A stretch of 64,000 bases of DNA. Origin: Candidatus Shapirobacteria bacterium. GTDB taxonomy: Bacteria; Patescibacteriota; Microgenomatia; UBA12405. Both the position numbers and the translations under genes were made by a program. A model generated the notes under the pieces. That model saw nothing but the letters and a program-made list of their open reading frames with translations. It was not told the DNA's origin and did not search any database. The stretch is from positions 1,974 to 65,973 of the forward strand of contig JBAYIT010000005.1 in assembly GCA_041665485.1 (NCBI GenBank), in the 5' to 3' direction. Every line of letters starts with the position of its first letter. Within the stretch, counting starts at the first letter, position 1. This document shows, piece by piece, positions 30,365 through 39,334 of the stretch.

Positions 30365-32485
30365 TTATTCGAGGGTGTCGGATGGCGGAGCATGAGGAAT
30401 AAGAATATCTCTTGGCTTTGCCCCCTGGCCCGGACCAACAACACCAGCCTTTTCGAGTTGATCAAGAAGTCTGGCAGCTCTAGCATAGCCAAGCTTAAGG
30501 TGACGCTGAAAAAGAGAGGCAGAAGCCTTGCCGGAACGACTAATAAGATCAATGGCTTGGGAATAAACAGCGTCGCGATCTTCACCGTCAACAGTCATAA
30601 TATTCGGACTTAGAGAGGTGGGACTTTGAACTGGTTGAGCAATAATCTCGTTATTGTATTCAACCGAGCTTTGTTTTTTCATAAAATCAATAAGGCGACC
30701 AATTTCCTTGTCGGAAATAAAACAGCCCTGGACTCTAACCGGCTTGGCCAGATCAGGAGGAATATAGAGCATGTCTCCGCGACCAAGTAACTTTTCGGCG
30801 CCGGGAGTGTCTAAAACCACCCTGGAGTCAGTCATCGAAGCAACAGCAAAGGCAATGCGGGTAGGGATATTGGCTTTAATTAGGCCGGTAATAATGTTAA
30901 CTGAAGGACGCTGAGTGGCTAAAACAAGATGAATACCAACGGCCCGAGCCATTTGAGCGATACGGCAAACATTGCCTTCAACTTCAGCCGGAGAGAAAAG
31001 CATGATTTCGGCCAATTCATCGATAACGATAACGATATAGGGAATGGACTGAAAGCCAGCCATATTATTGTAACCCTCAATATTTTTGGCGCCAACTTGG
31101 GTAAATTTTTTATAGCGCTCTTCCATTTCGTGGACAGCCCATTTGAGAGCAGAAACCACTTTTTCCGGTTCGACGATAACCGGAGTGAGAAGATGGGGAA
31201 TGCCGTTATAAGGGGTCAGTTCAACCCGCTTGGGGTCGACCATAATAAAGCGAACCTCTTGGGGAGAAGCGCGATAGAGGAGAGTGGAAATCCAAGAATT
31301 AACACAAACTGATTTTCCAGAGCCAGTTTGGCCGGCAATAAGGACATGGGGCATTTTGGAAATGTCGGCAACTTTAGCATTACCGGCCACGTCAAGGCCA
31401 AGAGGAATGGTAAGTTTTGATTTTGCCTGTTTCATAACTTCAGACTCGATAATCCGGCGGATCGGGACCACCTCAAGAGAACGATTGGGAACTTCAATAC
31501 CCACCAAGGGCCGACCAGGAATGGGGGCTTCAACCCGAATTTGACCGCCAGGAGCAGCCAGGGCCATGGCCAAGTCGTTACTTAAACTTAAAATTTTGGC
31601 CAGTTTAGTTCCCAGGGCAACTTCAAGGGCGTACTGGGTAACGGAGGGACTATTGTTGACTTCAGCTACCCGGGCAGTAATACCAAAAGAATCAAGAGTT
31701 TGCTCGATAATTTGAGCATTTTTGCGAACATCACCCCGGTCAGCCTTAGCGCCGGGAGTGTCATCAAAGATGGCGGGGGTGGGATATTCCCAAATACGGC
31801 TAACGGAGTTGGAAACTGTGTCCATCTGATTTGAATTGGTTTTTAAAACGGGAGGAATATTGACAACAATGGGATCTTCATTACGTTTTGGTTTAGAAAT
31901 ATCGGGAAGCTCGACCTGGTCGGCATTTGATTGAACATAGGTGGGCTTAGAATCAGATTTTTCCGATTTTCTTTTGGAAGATAAGCCAATAGTATATTTT
32001 TTAATAACAAGAAAGACATGAACGGTGGTTTTAATAATTTGAGCAATAGAAGTATCAAAAAGAACGACAAAACCAACTATTGTGGTGAAGAAAAAGATAA
32101 TAAAAGAGGTAAGCTCGCCAAAAAGAGTAACCATTTGATCCCAGAGAAATTGGCCGGCAATCCCCTGCTTTAAGAGGCTAGTCAGGGAAACAAACATGAT
32201 TAAAAAACCCAAAAAAATGTTGGGTTCTTTAATGGGAGACTTAATTTTGGCAAACATAAAGGCGATTAAAACTAAAAGGAAGGGAACAAAAATAGAAGTA
32301 AAACCGAAATATTGATTTAAAAGAAGATTGTATTCGGTGGGAATGGGGCCGGTTTGAAGAAAAGAAAATACGGAAATCGTGGCCAAAATTAAAAAGAAGA
32401 TGAAGAAGATAGTTTGGATGGTTTCCGGTTTAAGGGAAAAGGAGGGTAATCCCACAGCCCGCTTTTTTCGCCCACGTTTAGCCAT
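30365..32485 (-). CDS. ftsK: DNA translocase FtsK
   Basis: N-terminal TMs, PHVLIAGQTGSGKS, VIDELAE, LATQRPSV, gamma domain LGYARAARLLD. Confidence 0.97.
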   Translation of the reverse strand: MAKRGRKKRAVGLPSFSLKPETIQTIFFIFFLILATISVFSFLQTGPIPTEYNLLLNQYFGFTSIFVPFLLVLIAFMFAKIKSPIKEPNIFLGFLIMFVSLTSLLKQGIAGQFLWDQMVTLFGELTSFIIFFFTTIVGFVVLFDTSIAQIIKTTVHVFLVIKKYTIGLSSKRKSEKSDSKPTYVQSNADQVELPDISKPKRNEDPIVVNIPPVLKTNSNQMDTVSNSVSRIWEYPTPAIFDDTPGAKADRGDVRKNAQIIEQTLDSFGITARVAEVNNSPSVTQYALEVALGTKLAKILSLSNDLAMALAAPGGQIRVEAPIPGRPLVGIEVPNRSLEVVPIRRIIESEVMKQAKSKLTIPLGLDVAGNAKVADISKMPHVLIAGQTGSGKSVCVNSWISTLLYRASPQEVRFIMVDPKRVELTPYNGIPHLLTPVIVEPEKVVSALKWAVHEMEERYKKFTQVGAKNIEGYNNMAGFQSIPYIVIVIDELAEIMLFSPAEVEGNVCRIAQMARAVGIHLVLATQRPSVNIITGLIKANIPTRIAFAVASMTDSRVVLDTPGAEKLLGRGDMLYIPPDLAKPVRVQGCFISDKEIGRLIDFMKKQSSVEYNNEIIAQPVQSPTSLSPNIMTVDGEDRDAVYSQAIDLISRSGKASASLFQRHLKLGYARAARLLDQLEKAGVVGPGQGAKPRDILIPHAPPSDTLE

Positions 32486-32506
32486 ATGGAATCAGTATAT
32501 AGCATT

Positions 32507-32548
32507 GAGAACCAAGAATTAAGAGCTAAGAACTAAGAAGCAAGAATA
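32507..32548. repeat. 7-bp tandem repeat after proS
   Basis: gagaacc aagaatt aagagct aagaact aagaagc aagaata. Confidence 0.8.
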
Positions 32549-32552
32549 AAAG

Positions 32553-33968
32553 TTAATAAGACAAGCCAAAAAGCCAGCGATGGGTGGAGGGGGCGCCACA
32601 GCGGACACATTTACCTGATTCTTCGACTGAATCAAGGGGTAGGCAACGAGTGGTGGCTTTGGTATCTTTTTTAATTTCGGCTTCGCAGTCAGCGTTTTCA
32701 CACCAATTGGCGCGGATAAAGCCACGGGTGGTATCCATAATTTTCTTAAAATCATCGTAATTATCGACAGTGAAAGTGTGATCTTGGGTAAACTTTTTGT
32801 GGGTTTCAAATAAGTTAATCTGGATTTGATTTAATAAATCAGAAACCGTTTGGTGAAGATTATCCAAAGAAACGGTAATTTTTTCACCAGTGTCGCGACG
32901 GCAAACAACCACTGAATTACTAGCTACATCGCGATCGCCGATTTCCAGGCGAAGTGGCACGCCTTTCATTTCCCATTGATTAAATTTAAAACCGGCGGTT
33001 TCGCCATCACGGATATCAATTTCCACCCGGAAATCTTTGATCTTTTCAAGAGTTTCTTTGGCAAAATCTTGGGCTTTAGTGTGCCCCGGAATAGGAATGA
33101 TGATGATTTGGATGGGGGCAATATTGGGAGGTAGTTTTAAACCTTTGGCATCGCCGTGGGCCATAATCAGGCCACCGATTGATCTGGTAGAAAATCCCCA
33201 GGAGTTTTGATAAGGCATAATTTTTTCACCATTTTGGCCCTGAACTGTCCAGTCAAAAGACTTGGAAAAATTTTGGGCTAGATCATGGGAGGTGCAAGAT
33301 TGAAGAGATTTACCATTGGGCATTAGGGTTTCAAAGGTGAAAGTGTCGCCGGCGCCGGGGAATTTTTCTGATTGAGATTTTTTACCCTTAATACCATAAA
33401 TACCGAGTAATTCATTATAAGTTGTTTGATACATATCAAGAGCCCAGTGAACCATGTCTAAATTCTCGGTGGCAGTAGCATGGGCGCAATGGCCTTCTTG
33501 CCATAAGAATTCGGAAGTGCGTAAAAATAAATAAGTTCTTTTTTCCCAGCGAACAACATTACACCATTGATTAATTAAAACCGGCAGGTCGCGCCAAGAG
33601 GATGTCCACTTTTGATACATGTCGTACATGATGGTTTCGGAGGTGGGACGAACAGCCAGACTTTCGGCCAATTTTTCGCCACCGCCGTGGGTGACAACAG
33701 CCAATTGAGGAGCAAAACCTTCAACGTGCTCTTTTTCTTTTTGCAAATAATGCATGGGGATAAAGAGAGGGAAATAGGCGTTTTTAACTCCCCTCTCTTT
33801 AATTTTTTTGTCCATAAAGGCTTGAATGCCTTCCCAAAGGGAATAGCCGTAGGGGCGAATAACCATACAGCCTTTAACCGGGGCATAATCGGCCAATTCG
33901 GCCTTAAGAACAATGTCGTTAAACCATCCGGCAAGATCAGTATTAAAGTCTTTTAGTTTGTCAGCCAT
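32553..33968 (-). CDS. proS: Proline-tRNA ligase (archaeal/eukaryote-like type)
   Basis: VRPTSET, QWCNVVRWE, FLRTSEFLWQEGH, C-terminal Zn site and LSY end; ATG 33968. Confidence 0.97.
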   Translation of the reverse strand: MADKLKDFNTDLAGWFNDIVLKAELADYAPVKGCMVIRPYGYSLWEGIQAFMDKKIKERGVKNAYFPLFIPMHYLQKEKEHVEGFAPQLAVVTHGGGEKLAESLAVRPTSETIMYDMYQKWTSSWRDLPVLINQWCNVVRWEKRTYLFLRTSEFLWQEGHCAHATATENLDMVHWALDMYQTTYNELLGIYGIKGKKSQSEKFPGAGDTFTFETLMPNGKSLQSCTSHDLAQNFSKSFDWTVQGQNGEKIMPYQNSWGFSTRSIGGLIMAHGDAKGLKLPPNIAPIQIIIIPIPGHTKAQDFAKETLEKIKDFRVEIDIRDGETAGFKFNQWEMKGVPLRLEIGDRDVASNSVVVCRRDTGEKITVSLDNLHQTVSDLLNQIQINLFETHKKFTQDHTFTVDNYDDFKKIMDTTRGFIRANWCENADCEAEIKKDTKATTRCLPLDSVEESGKCVRCGAPSTHRWLFGLSY

Positions 33969-33994
33969 ATCTTTATTGTAGACGATTAACTTAC

Positions 33995-34112
33995 CCAAGG
34001 ACGATTTGATTTCGTGGTACCACCTTAGTTACTTCTCTTGGCTTTACACAGGTTGCATCTGGACCAGCTTGTCGCTGTCATCTCCACGGCGGGAAACCGC
34101 TTCATTGATTTG
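33995..34112 (-). promoter_or_regulatory. T-box riboswitch upstream of proS
   Basis: AAGGTGGTACCACG (34026-34013) closing with TCGTCCTT; short stem I with CCC/CCG; TGaTATTAT promoter at 34118-34126. Confidence 0.8.
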
Positions 34113-34161
34113 AAGTAATAATATCAGAGTTTTAAAATAAAAACACCTGATATAATTTGAT

Positions 34162-34506
34162 ATGGCAGAAAGTTTTAAGTGGGAAAAATTTAATATTACA
34201 ATGGCAACTAAAGACGAACTAAGTGGTCTAAAATGGTGGACACGTAGGGGACGTGTGCCAAAAGATGGTGGTTCAGACAACTTAACTGGTGGAACTGCAG
34301 AAGTGGCAACAATTATTCGACAACGTGGTCAGGTGGCAAGGATATCTGGAACAGGAGAAGGGGCAAATACCTATCTTGCAGCGCAGGTGGTTTTGGCCCG
34401 ACTTAAGCACCATGAATGGACTGGGGTAAGTTACAGGATGGGTTCTGTCGATGAGGAAGGAGGTATCAAACGGAGAGTTGCTTACTTAAGGCTAAATTTG
34501 GATTGA
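34162..34506 (+). CDS. Hypothetical protein with SpoVS/Alba-like pattern
   Basis: VATIIRQRGQVARISGTGEGA...LAR resembles the SpoVS core; TGaTATAAT 5 nt before the ATG. Confidence 0.5.
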   Translation: MAESFKWEKFNITMATKDELSGLKWWTRRGRVPKDGGSDNLTGGTAEVATIIRQRGQVARISGTGEGANTYLAAQVVLARLKHHEWTGVSYRMGSVDEEGGIKRRVAYLRLNLD

Positions 34507-34508
34507 AT

Positions 34509-34919
34509 TTACTCAACTGCTCCATTGGCATAAACCACAGCTTTTGGGCCAACTAGGTTACCTCTGATTAGACACATAATGGTTTCTGAAACAGTTTCCC
34601 AACTCGGTATTATTCGACCATCTGGTTCAGTAGTAAACAGTGACGTTAAAAAAACGAGAACACGCTTAACATCTGGGTGTTGATCTAACGTCGCAAAGTG
34701 CGTATTTTCCCTATCAGTTAATGCTTGGGTCAAATCACCAATCGCACTTTCTAGATTCCTAATCGCCGCTAATCTTAATCTGCGCACATGTTTCCGTCCA
34801 GGTTGAAAGTCTTGTTGTCTGTCCGGTAGTTTGAGAACAGATTCAAAATCATTTCTTGCTGGTACAACTAAACGACTGCCTATACAATCTGAAATATGGT
34901 CGTGATTTACGAGGAACAT
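34509..34919 (-). CDS. Hypothetical protein
   Basis: 136-aa ORF converging on the previous gene; atypical codon usage. Confidence 0.45.
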   Translation of the reverse strand: MFLVNHDHISDCIGSRLVVPARNDFESVLKLPDRQQDFQPGRKHVRRLRLAAIRNLESAIGDLTQALTDRENTHFATLDQHPDVKRVLVFLTSLFTTEPDGRIIPSWETVSETIMCLIRGNLVGPKAVVYANGAVE

Positions 34920-34977
34920 ATTTGCTAAAACCAGAAGGTCTGTAAGATCAAAGTCCCCAAATTTGATATTATCAAAC

Positions 34978-35826
34978 CTAACGGAAGGATGGTCTATTTT
35001 TTTTAATACCTTCTGTTACGTTCCAAGTAGAAGCTCGTTGGCCGGGGACTTTTGTAAAGCAAAAAAAATGAGGATTTGCGCTTAGCGTTGCACTAATGAT
35101 TCTGTCGTTCATTTGATAAGGTTTACCGTCCAGCGCTTTAATTGAGAATCCTCTTGATAACTCAAGTATCTGACGTGCTGTTGAGTTAGGATGTGCTTCT
35201 AAGATCGCCAGAATAGCCCCAGGACACCCTAATATTCTTAACCCTCTTTCTTCATCAAGATAGGTTACTGGTGGTTTTCGTTTGCCTTTTGTACCGGTTT
35301 GTTCGCTGATAACAGGTTTAACTCCTTCAGTTTTTTCAATGGCTAATTCCGAGGGTGAAGAGTCTCTGATGGCAATAACGTCTTCTCTGTGCTGTCTGGT
35401 GGAGGTAAGAAGATCTTCAGATACAGCTCCAGCTTTGAACCCTAGCTCTAGGGTGGGTATTAAACCTTCAATACCTGCGAGATAATCTGGAATAGCTGGT
35501 TGGGCTACTTCTCGCCAAACTCTTTGTGATGAATCCATGTCGCATAATTCCGACTGTAGTGCTTCGATATAACCTGCGACACATTTCACTTGTTCGGTTT
35601 CTGCAACCCTTGAGATTACTTTATCAGCTAGCGCTGACACATCCAATAGACCGTCTGGAGTCAATGTCACCTGACCTGAGGCGAGAGGTTCAGTTTCTTG
35701 AACACTTTGTCTAAGTAATACTTGCTCTGATTTAAGTCTTGCTTCGATAGCTGAAATCGCTTGCTTACCAAAAAGGGCTTTTGATAGTGCCGACCTAGCC
35801 TCTGAAAGATTCTGTTCTGCTGACAT
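34978..35826 (-). CDS. Hypothetical protein, helical N-terminus and possible C-terminal winged HTH
   Basis: 282-aa ORF; ILAILEAHPNSTARQIL...ISATLS; TATAAT 8 nt before the ATG. Confidence 0.65.
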   Translation of the reverse strand: MSAEQNLSEARSALSKALFGKQAISAIEARLKSEQVLLRQSVQETEPLASGQVTLTPDGLLDVSALADKVISRVAETEQVKCVAGYIEALQSELCDMDSSQRVWREVAQPAIPDYLAGIEGLIPTLELGFKAGAVSEDLLTSTRQHREDVIAIRDSSPSELAIEKTEGVKPVISEQTGTKGKRKPPVTYLDEERGLRILGCPGAILAILEAHPNSTARQILELSRGFSIKALDGKPYQMNDRIISATLSANPHFFCFTKVPGQRASTWNVTEGIKKNRPSFR

Positions 35827-35881
35827 ATACTCGTATTATATAGGACACTTTAGACATATTCAATACTCAAATCTAGGTTAA

Positions 35882-37624
35882 TTAAACCTCAATCAACAAA
35901 GGCAAGACCATGGGCTCACGGCCGGTTTTGGACATAATGATTTGTTCAATGTGGGCCTGAAGTTGCTCGCGAAGGTATTCGAGATTGGCCGGTTTACTGG
36001 TTGACTCGCTAAATTTCTTAATAATTTCAAGTTTTAGAAATTCCAAAAGATCGGCGTTTTCTTTAACAAAAACAAAGCCACGACTTAAGATGACGGGGTC
36101 TTTTTGCAAAGTACCGTCAACAGTGTTGACTAAAAGAATGACAGTAAACATACCGTCTTCGGCCAGAAGTTTGCGGTCGCGCAAAACGGTGGTGCCTACA
36201 TCCCCAACTCCAAGTCCATCGATGAGGACCTTGCGGAGAGAAACATGATTGTCAATATTAAATTTGCCTTGAGAATTGAAAGTGACAATTGAATCGTAAT
36301 CAGGATTAACAAACTGGTCCTCGGTATAGCCAAGTAACTTGGCCATATTTTGATAACTCTTGATATGGCGGAAGTTTCCGCCAATGGGCAAGAGATATTT
36401 GGGGCGGAGAAGGTTTATCAAGAGAGCATGCTCTTTTTGATAACCGTGGCCGGAAACATGAAGTTCTTCTTTTTCACCATAAACAACCAGAGCGCCCATT
36501 TTGGAAAGGTTATCAATCATGCTGTAGATACTGCTAGTAGTGCCGGGGATATAGTCGGGGGAAGAAAAGATAACTTTGTCACCCGGTTTGATTTTAATTC
36601 GGTGCTTGCCCATGACCATTTTAGAAAGAGCGGAGTCTGGCTGGCCGGCAAATCCGGCGGCCAAAATAAGCAATTTATTGTCGGGGAAATTTTTAATCCT
36701 CTCAATTTCGACAATGTCGGTGTCAGAAAGACTAAGATAGCCCAGTTCTTTACCAACCTTAATGGCACGTTCCACCGAGAAGCCAACAATGACAACCTTA
36801 CGGCCAACAGATTTAGCATATTCGATAGCCTGACTCCAACGAACAATATTACTACTAATGGAGGTGACGAACACCCGGCCTTTGGCAGAAATTATTTCCT
36901 GGCGAAAATGGTCGGCAATTGAAGACTCGGAGGGAGAAAAGCCCTCATGGTCGGAACCCAAGGAATCGGATAAAAGGCAAAGAACACCTTTGTCGCCAAC
37001 TTGAGAAATTTTGTGATACTCAGTTGGTTTGCCATCGAGAGGAAAGAGGTCAAATTTGAAATCAGAACCGTGATAAACAACACCGACTGGAGTAGAAACA
37101 GCCAGATGAAAAGTGTCGGGAATAGAATGATTAACCCGAATAGGAGTTAGAGAAAAAGGGCCAGAAACCAGAGAGGATTTTTCGTCGTAAACATTAATTT
37201 TGGCCCGAATATCGGTTTCAGAAAGCCTGGCTTCAATAAAGGCGGCAGCCAGACGAGGGGCAAAAATCGGCACGTTTTTGCCAATAATGGGGAGAATAAA
37301 GCGGACAGCGCCAATATGGTCTTCGTGGCCGTGGGTAATATAAATACCCAAAATCCGGTCTTTTTTATCTTCAAGATAATGGGTATCGGGAATTTGAAGG
37401 TCGACACCAAAGGCGTCTTCTTCAGGAAAGCCAACACCGCAGTCGACAATAATAATCTGACTGCGTTTGGGGTCGCCTTGAGGCAAATATTCATAAACGA
37501 ACATGTTTTGGGTGACGTCGCCGAAACCACCAAGTGAGATAATTTTAAGTTGATCGCCAGTGGAATTAGTAAATTGTGTCCGCTCAAACTGCGGACGTGA
37601 ATAGTTTTGATTACGTTGAATCAT
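35882..37624 (-). CDS. rnj: Ribonuclease J
   Basis: LGGFGDV, THGHEDHIGA, HSIPD, DFKFD, LHVSGH. Confidence 0.96.
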   Translation of the reverse strand: MIQRNQNYSRPQFERTQFTNSTGDQLKIISLGGFGDVTQNMFVYEYLPQGDPKRSQIIIVDCGVGFPEEDAFGVDLQIPDTHYLEDKKDRILGIYITHGHEDHIGAVRFILPIIGKNVPIFAPRLAAAFIEARLSETDIRAKINVYDEKSSLVSGPFSLTPIRVNHSIPDTFHLAVSTPVGVVYHGSDFKFDLFPLDGKPTEYHKISQVGDKGVLCLLSDSLGSDHEGFSPSESSIADHFRQEIISAKGRVFVTSISSNIVRWSQAIEYAKSVGRKVVIVGFSVERAIKVGKELGYLSLSDTDIVEIERIKNFPDNKLLILAAGFAGQPDSALSKMVMGKHRIKIKPGDKVIFSSPDYIPGTTSSIYSMIDNLSKMGALVVYGEKEELHVSGHGYQKEHALLINLLRPKYLLPIGGNFRHIKSYQNMAKLLGYTEDQFVNPDYDSIVTFNSQGKFNIDNHVSLRKVLIDGLGVGDVGTTVLRDRKLLAEDGMFTVILLVNTVDGTLQKDPVILSRGFVFVKENADLLEFLKLEIIKKFSESTSKPANLEYLREQLQAHIEQIIMSKTGREPMVLPLLIEV

Positions 37625-37627
37625 AGT

Positions 37628-37756
37628 TAATTAATGCTTGAATCTTTTCCAATAATAATAAAGTCTATTGCGAATGTAGGATAAAACCTGTTGCGAAGGA
37701 CTCGAATCGATTTCAAAGCTTCCGAGAATTCTAACAGGGTTGTTACAAAATAGCAA
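37628..37756 (-). promoter_or_regulatory. rnj promoter and structured leader of about 100 nt
   Basis: TTGCTA-17-TAGAAT; leader stems GCTTTGAA/TTCAAGC, AGTC/GACT, AGG/CCT. Confidence 0.45.
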
Positions 37757-37763
37757 TGGCATA

Positions 37764-37814
37764 TGTTATAATGAATTCAATCACGCCCCTCGAGCAATCG
37801 GGGGGATTATTTTT
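37764..37814 (+). ncRNA. Putative tiny RNA unit 1 flanking the NYN gene
   Basis: TGtTATAAT, AATCACG, CCCCTCGA-GCAA-TCGGGGGG hairpin (GNRA loop, G-U pair), then T-tract. Confidence 0.55.
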
Positions 37815-38343
37815 GGCATTGTAAAAAAGTAAATCTGGTTTTAAATAATCCTCGTTTGATATTCCAAATTTCTCTACCCAAGTGCCCGTGTTCATAAACA
37901 ACCAATACTTGCTTTTTCTTTTCTATTAAATATCGATAGATTGGCTCAAAGTCGCCATCACCAGTAAAAAAGACAAAAGTTTGATAATTTTCTTCGATAG
38001 ATCGATAAACACTCATACATATTTCAATATCGAAATCACATTTCCGAATTTTAATTAATTTACCCCTAATATTGGCAATGGTGATGTATTTAACCGGCTT
38101 AGTGGTTAGGTTATAGCCAATTTTTTTTATTTGAGTTAAAAAATTTTTTGACTGAGGATTACTATCAGAACCATAATAAAAGTTAATTGATTCGATTTGA
38201 GAATAGGTTTTTAGATATTTATAAAGTTTATTTGGGTCGACTGGTTTTACCAACTCATCCCGCCAGCCATAAACATTGGCGTAGTCAATAAAAACCGCCG
38301 TTTTGCCTTTTAAAAGTAGTTTCTGTGGGCTGGTGTCAGACAT
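37807..38343 (-). CDS. NYN domain (LabA/DUF88, PIN-like) ribonuclease
   Basis: VFIDYANV, KCDFDIEI, FTGDGDFEP acidic catalytic motifs. Confidence 0.9.
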   Translation of the reverse strand: MSDTSPQKLLLKGKTAVFIDYANVYGWRDELVKPVDPNKLYKYLKTYSQIESINFYYGSDSNPQSKNFLTQIKKIGYNLTTKPVKYITIANIRGKLIKIRKCDFDIEICMSVYRSIEENYQTFVFFTGDGDFEPIYRYLIEKKKQVLVVYEHGHLGREIWNIKRGLFKTRFTFLQCQK

Positions 38344-38344
38344 G

Positions 38345-38397
38345 TGTTATGCTATTTTAATCACGCCCTCCGATATTATGTCGGAGGGACATTTTTT
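38345..38397 (+). ncRNA. Putative tiny RNA unit 2 flanking the NYN gene
   Basis: TGtTATGCT, AATCACG, CCCTCCGATA-TTA-TGTCGGAGGG hairpin (G-U pair), then T-tract. Confidence 0.55.
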
Positions 38398-39328
38398 ATG
38401 GGGTATAAACTTGCATTAACCAATTAACTTGGCCGGCTTGGTCAAAATCAATTTTAAATAAATTAGTGTTAAAACAAACGTCACTATCGTAGGAAATGGT
38501 TTTATTGAACTCAGCAACATCTATTTTAGACAGTAGCGCTACGTCGTGGATATCAAGGCAATTAATTTCAGTTTCGAGTGGGAGCTTAAAAGTTCGCGTT
38601 AATTGGTTGCCACCATTTTCTATTCTGTAACCGTTTGGGGCCGAATCATCGTCTATCCACTCGACGTAGTCAATGTCAAAATATGGTTGGTTATTTTTTT
38701 GGTAAACCTTTTTGATGTTGCCAACTTTTACGGTTTTAGAGTTTAGGTGAAAAACATCTTTAGTCGAAGTGGTGGAAGTTGGGGTGGGTAAAAATTTAAA
38801 AGTGGAGAGGATTTGATCGCGGGTATTGTTATCGAAATTCAAAAACACAAACTGAACATAATGTTTATTATCAGGAGTTTTCTTTATGTAGTAATCTCCT
38901 TCGACAACATAACTTGGGCCAGTAAAATTAGTAAAAGTGTTGCTTCCCTTAATGGCAATTGGTAGCAATTTGCAACCCATACCGACTTCACATGAATCAA
39001 CTTCTTTTTTGACAATTTTTAATTCTGAATCATTTGAGATTAAAACATCGATTGTTACCTGTGGGCCAACGGAGTTTTCCGCATATGGGTAATCTATTTT
39101 TTTGAGTGTACGATTATCATCCGGATTTATTTGGTACTCGTTTTTTGGATATTGAAATTCAAAGCTGTATTTTTCATTAACATACGTTTGCCAGGTTGTT
39201 TCCGGAATAGGAGTTGGTGAAGTTGTTGATGGAACTGTCCTAGGGGTTAGTTGGTATTTGTTACTAATGGCGGCTAAAAGTAAAACTATGAAAATCGACG
39301 GAATGAAGAAATAAATAAATTTTGGCAT
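38396..39328 (-). CDS. Membrane-anchored PsbP-like surface protein with an extra C-terminal domain
   Basis: N-terminal TM, P/T linker, WQTYVN...FQYP...DQILSTFKF. Confidence 0.75.
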   Translation of the reverse strand: MPKFIYFFIPSIFIVLLLAAISNKYQLTPRTVPSTTSPTPIPETTWQTYVNEKYSFEFQYPKNEYQINPDDNRTLKKIDYPYAENSVGPQVTIDVLISNDSELKIVKKEVDSCEVGMGCKLLPIAIKGSNTFTNFTGPSYVVEGDYYIKKTPDNKHYVQFVFLNFDNNTRDQILSTFKFLPTPTSTTSTKDVFHLNSKTVKVGNIKKVYQKNNQPYFDIDYVEWIDDDSAPNGYRIENGGNQLTRTFKLPLETEINCLDIHDVALLSKIDVAEFNKTISYDSDVCFNTNLFKIDFDQAGQVNWLMQVYTP

Positions 39329-39334
39329 TAATGA

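Noticed and set aside
37660-37760. 6S RNA-like long hairpin
   Set aside because: Too short, and one arm coincides with the rnj promoter; treated as a leader instead.
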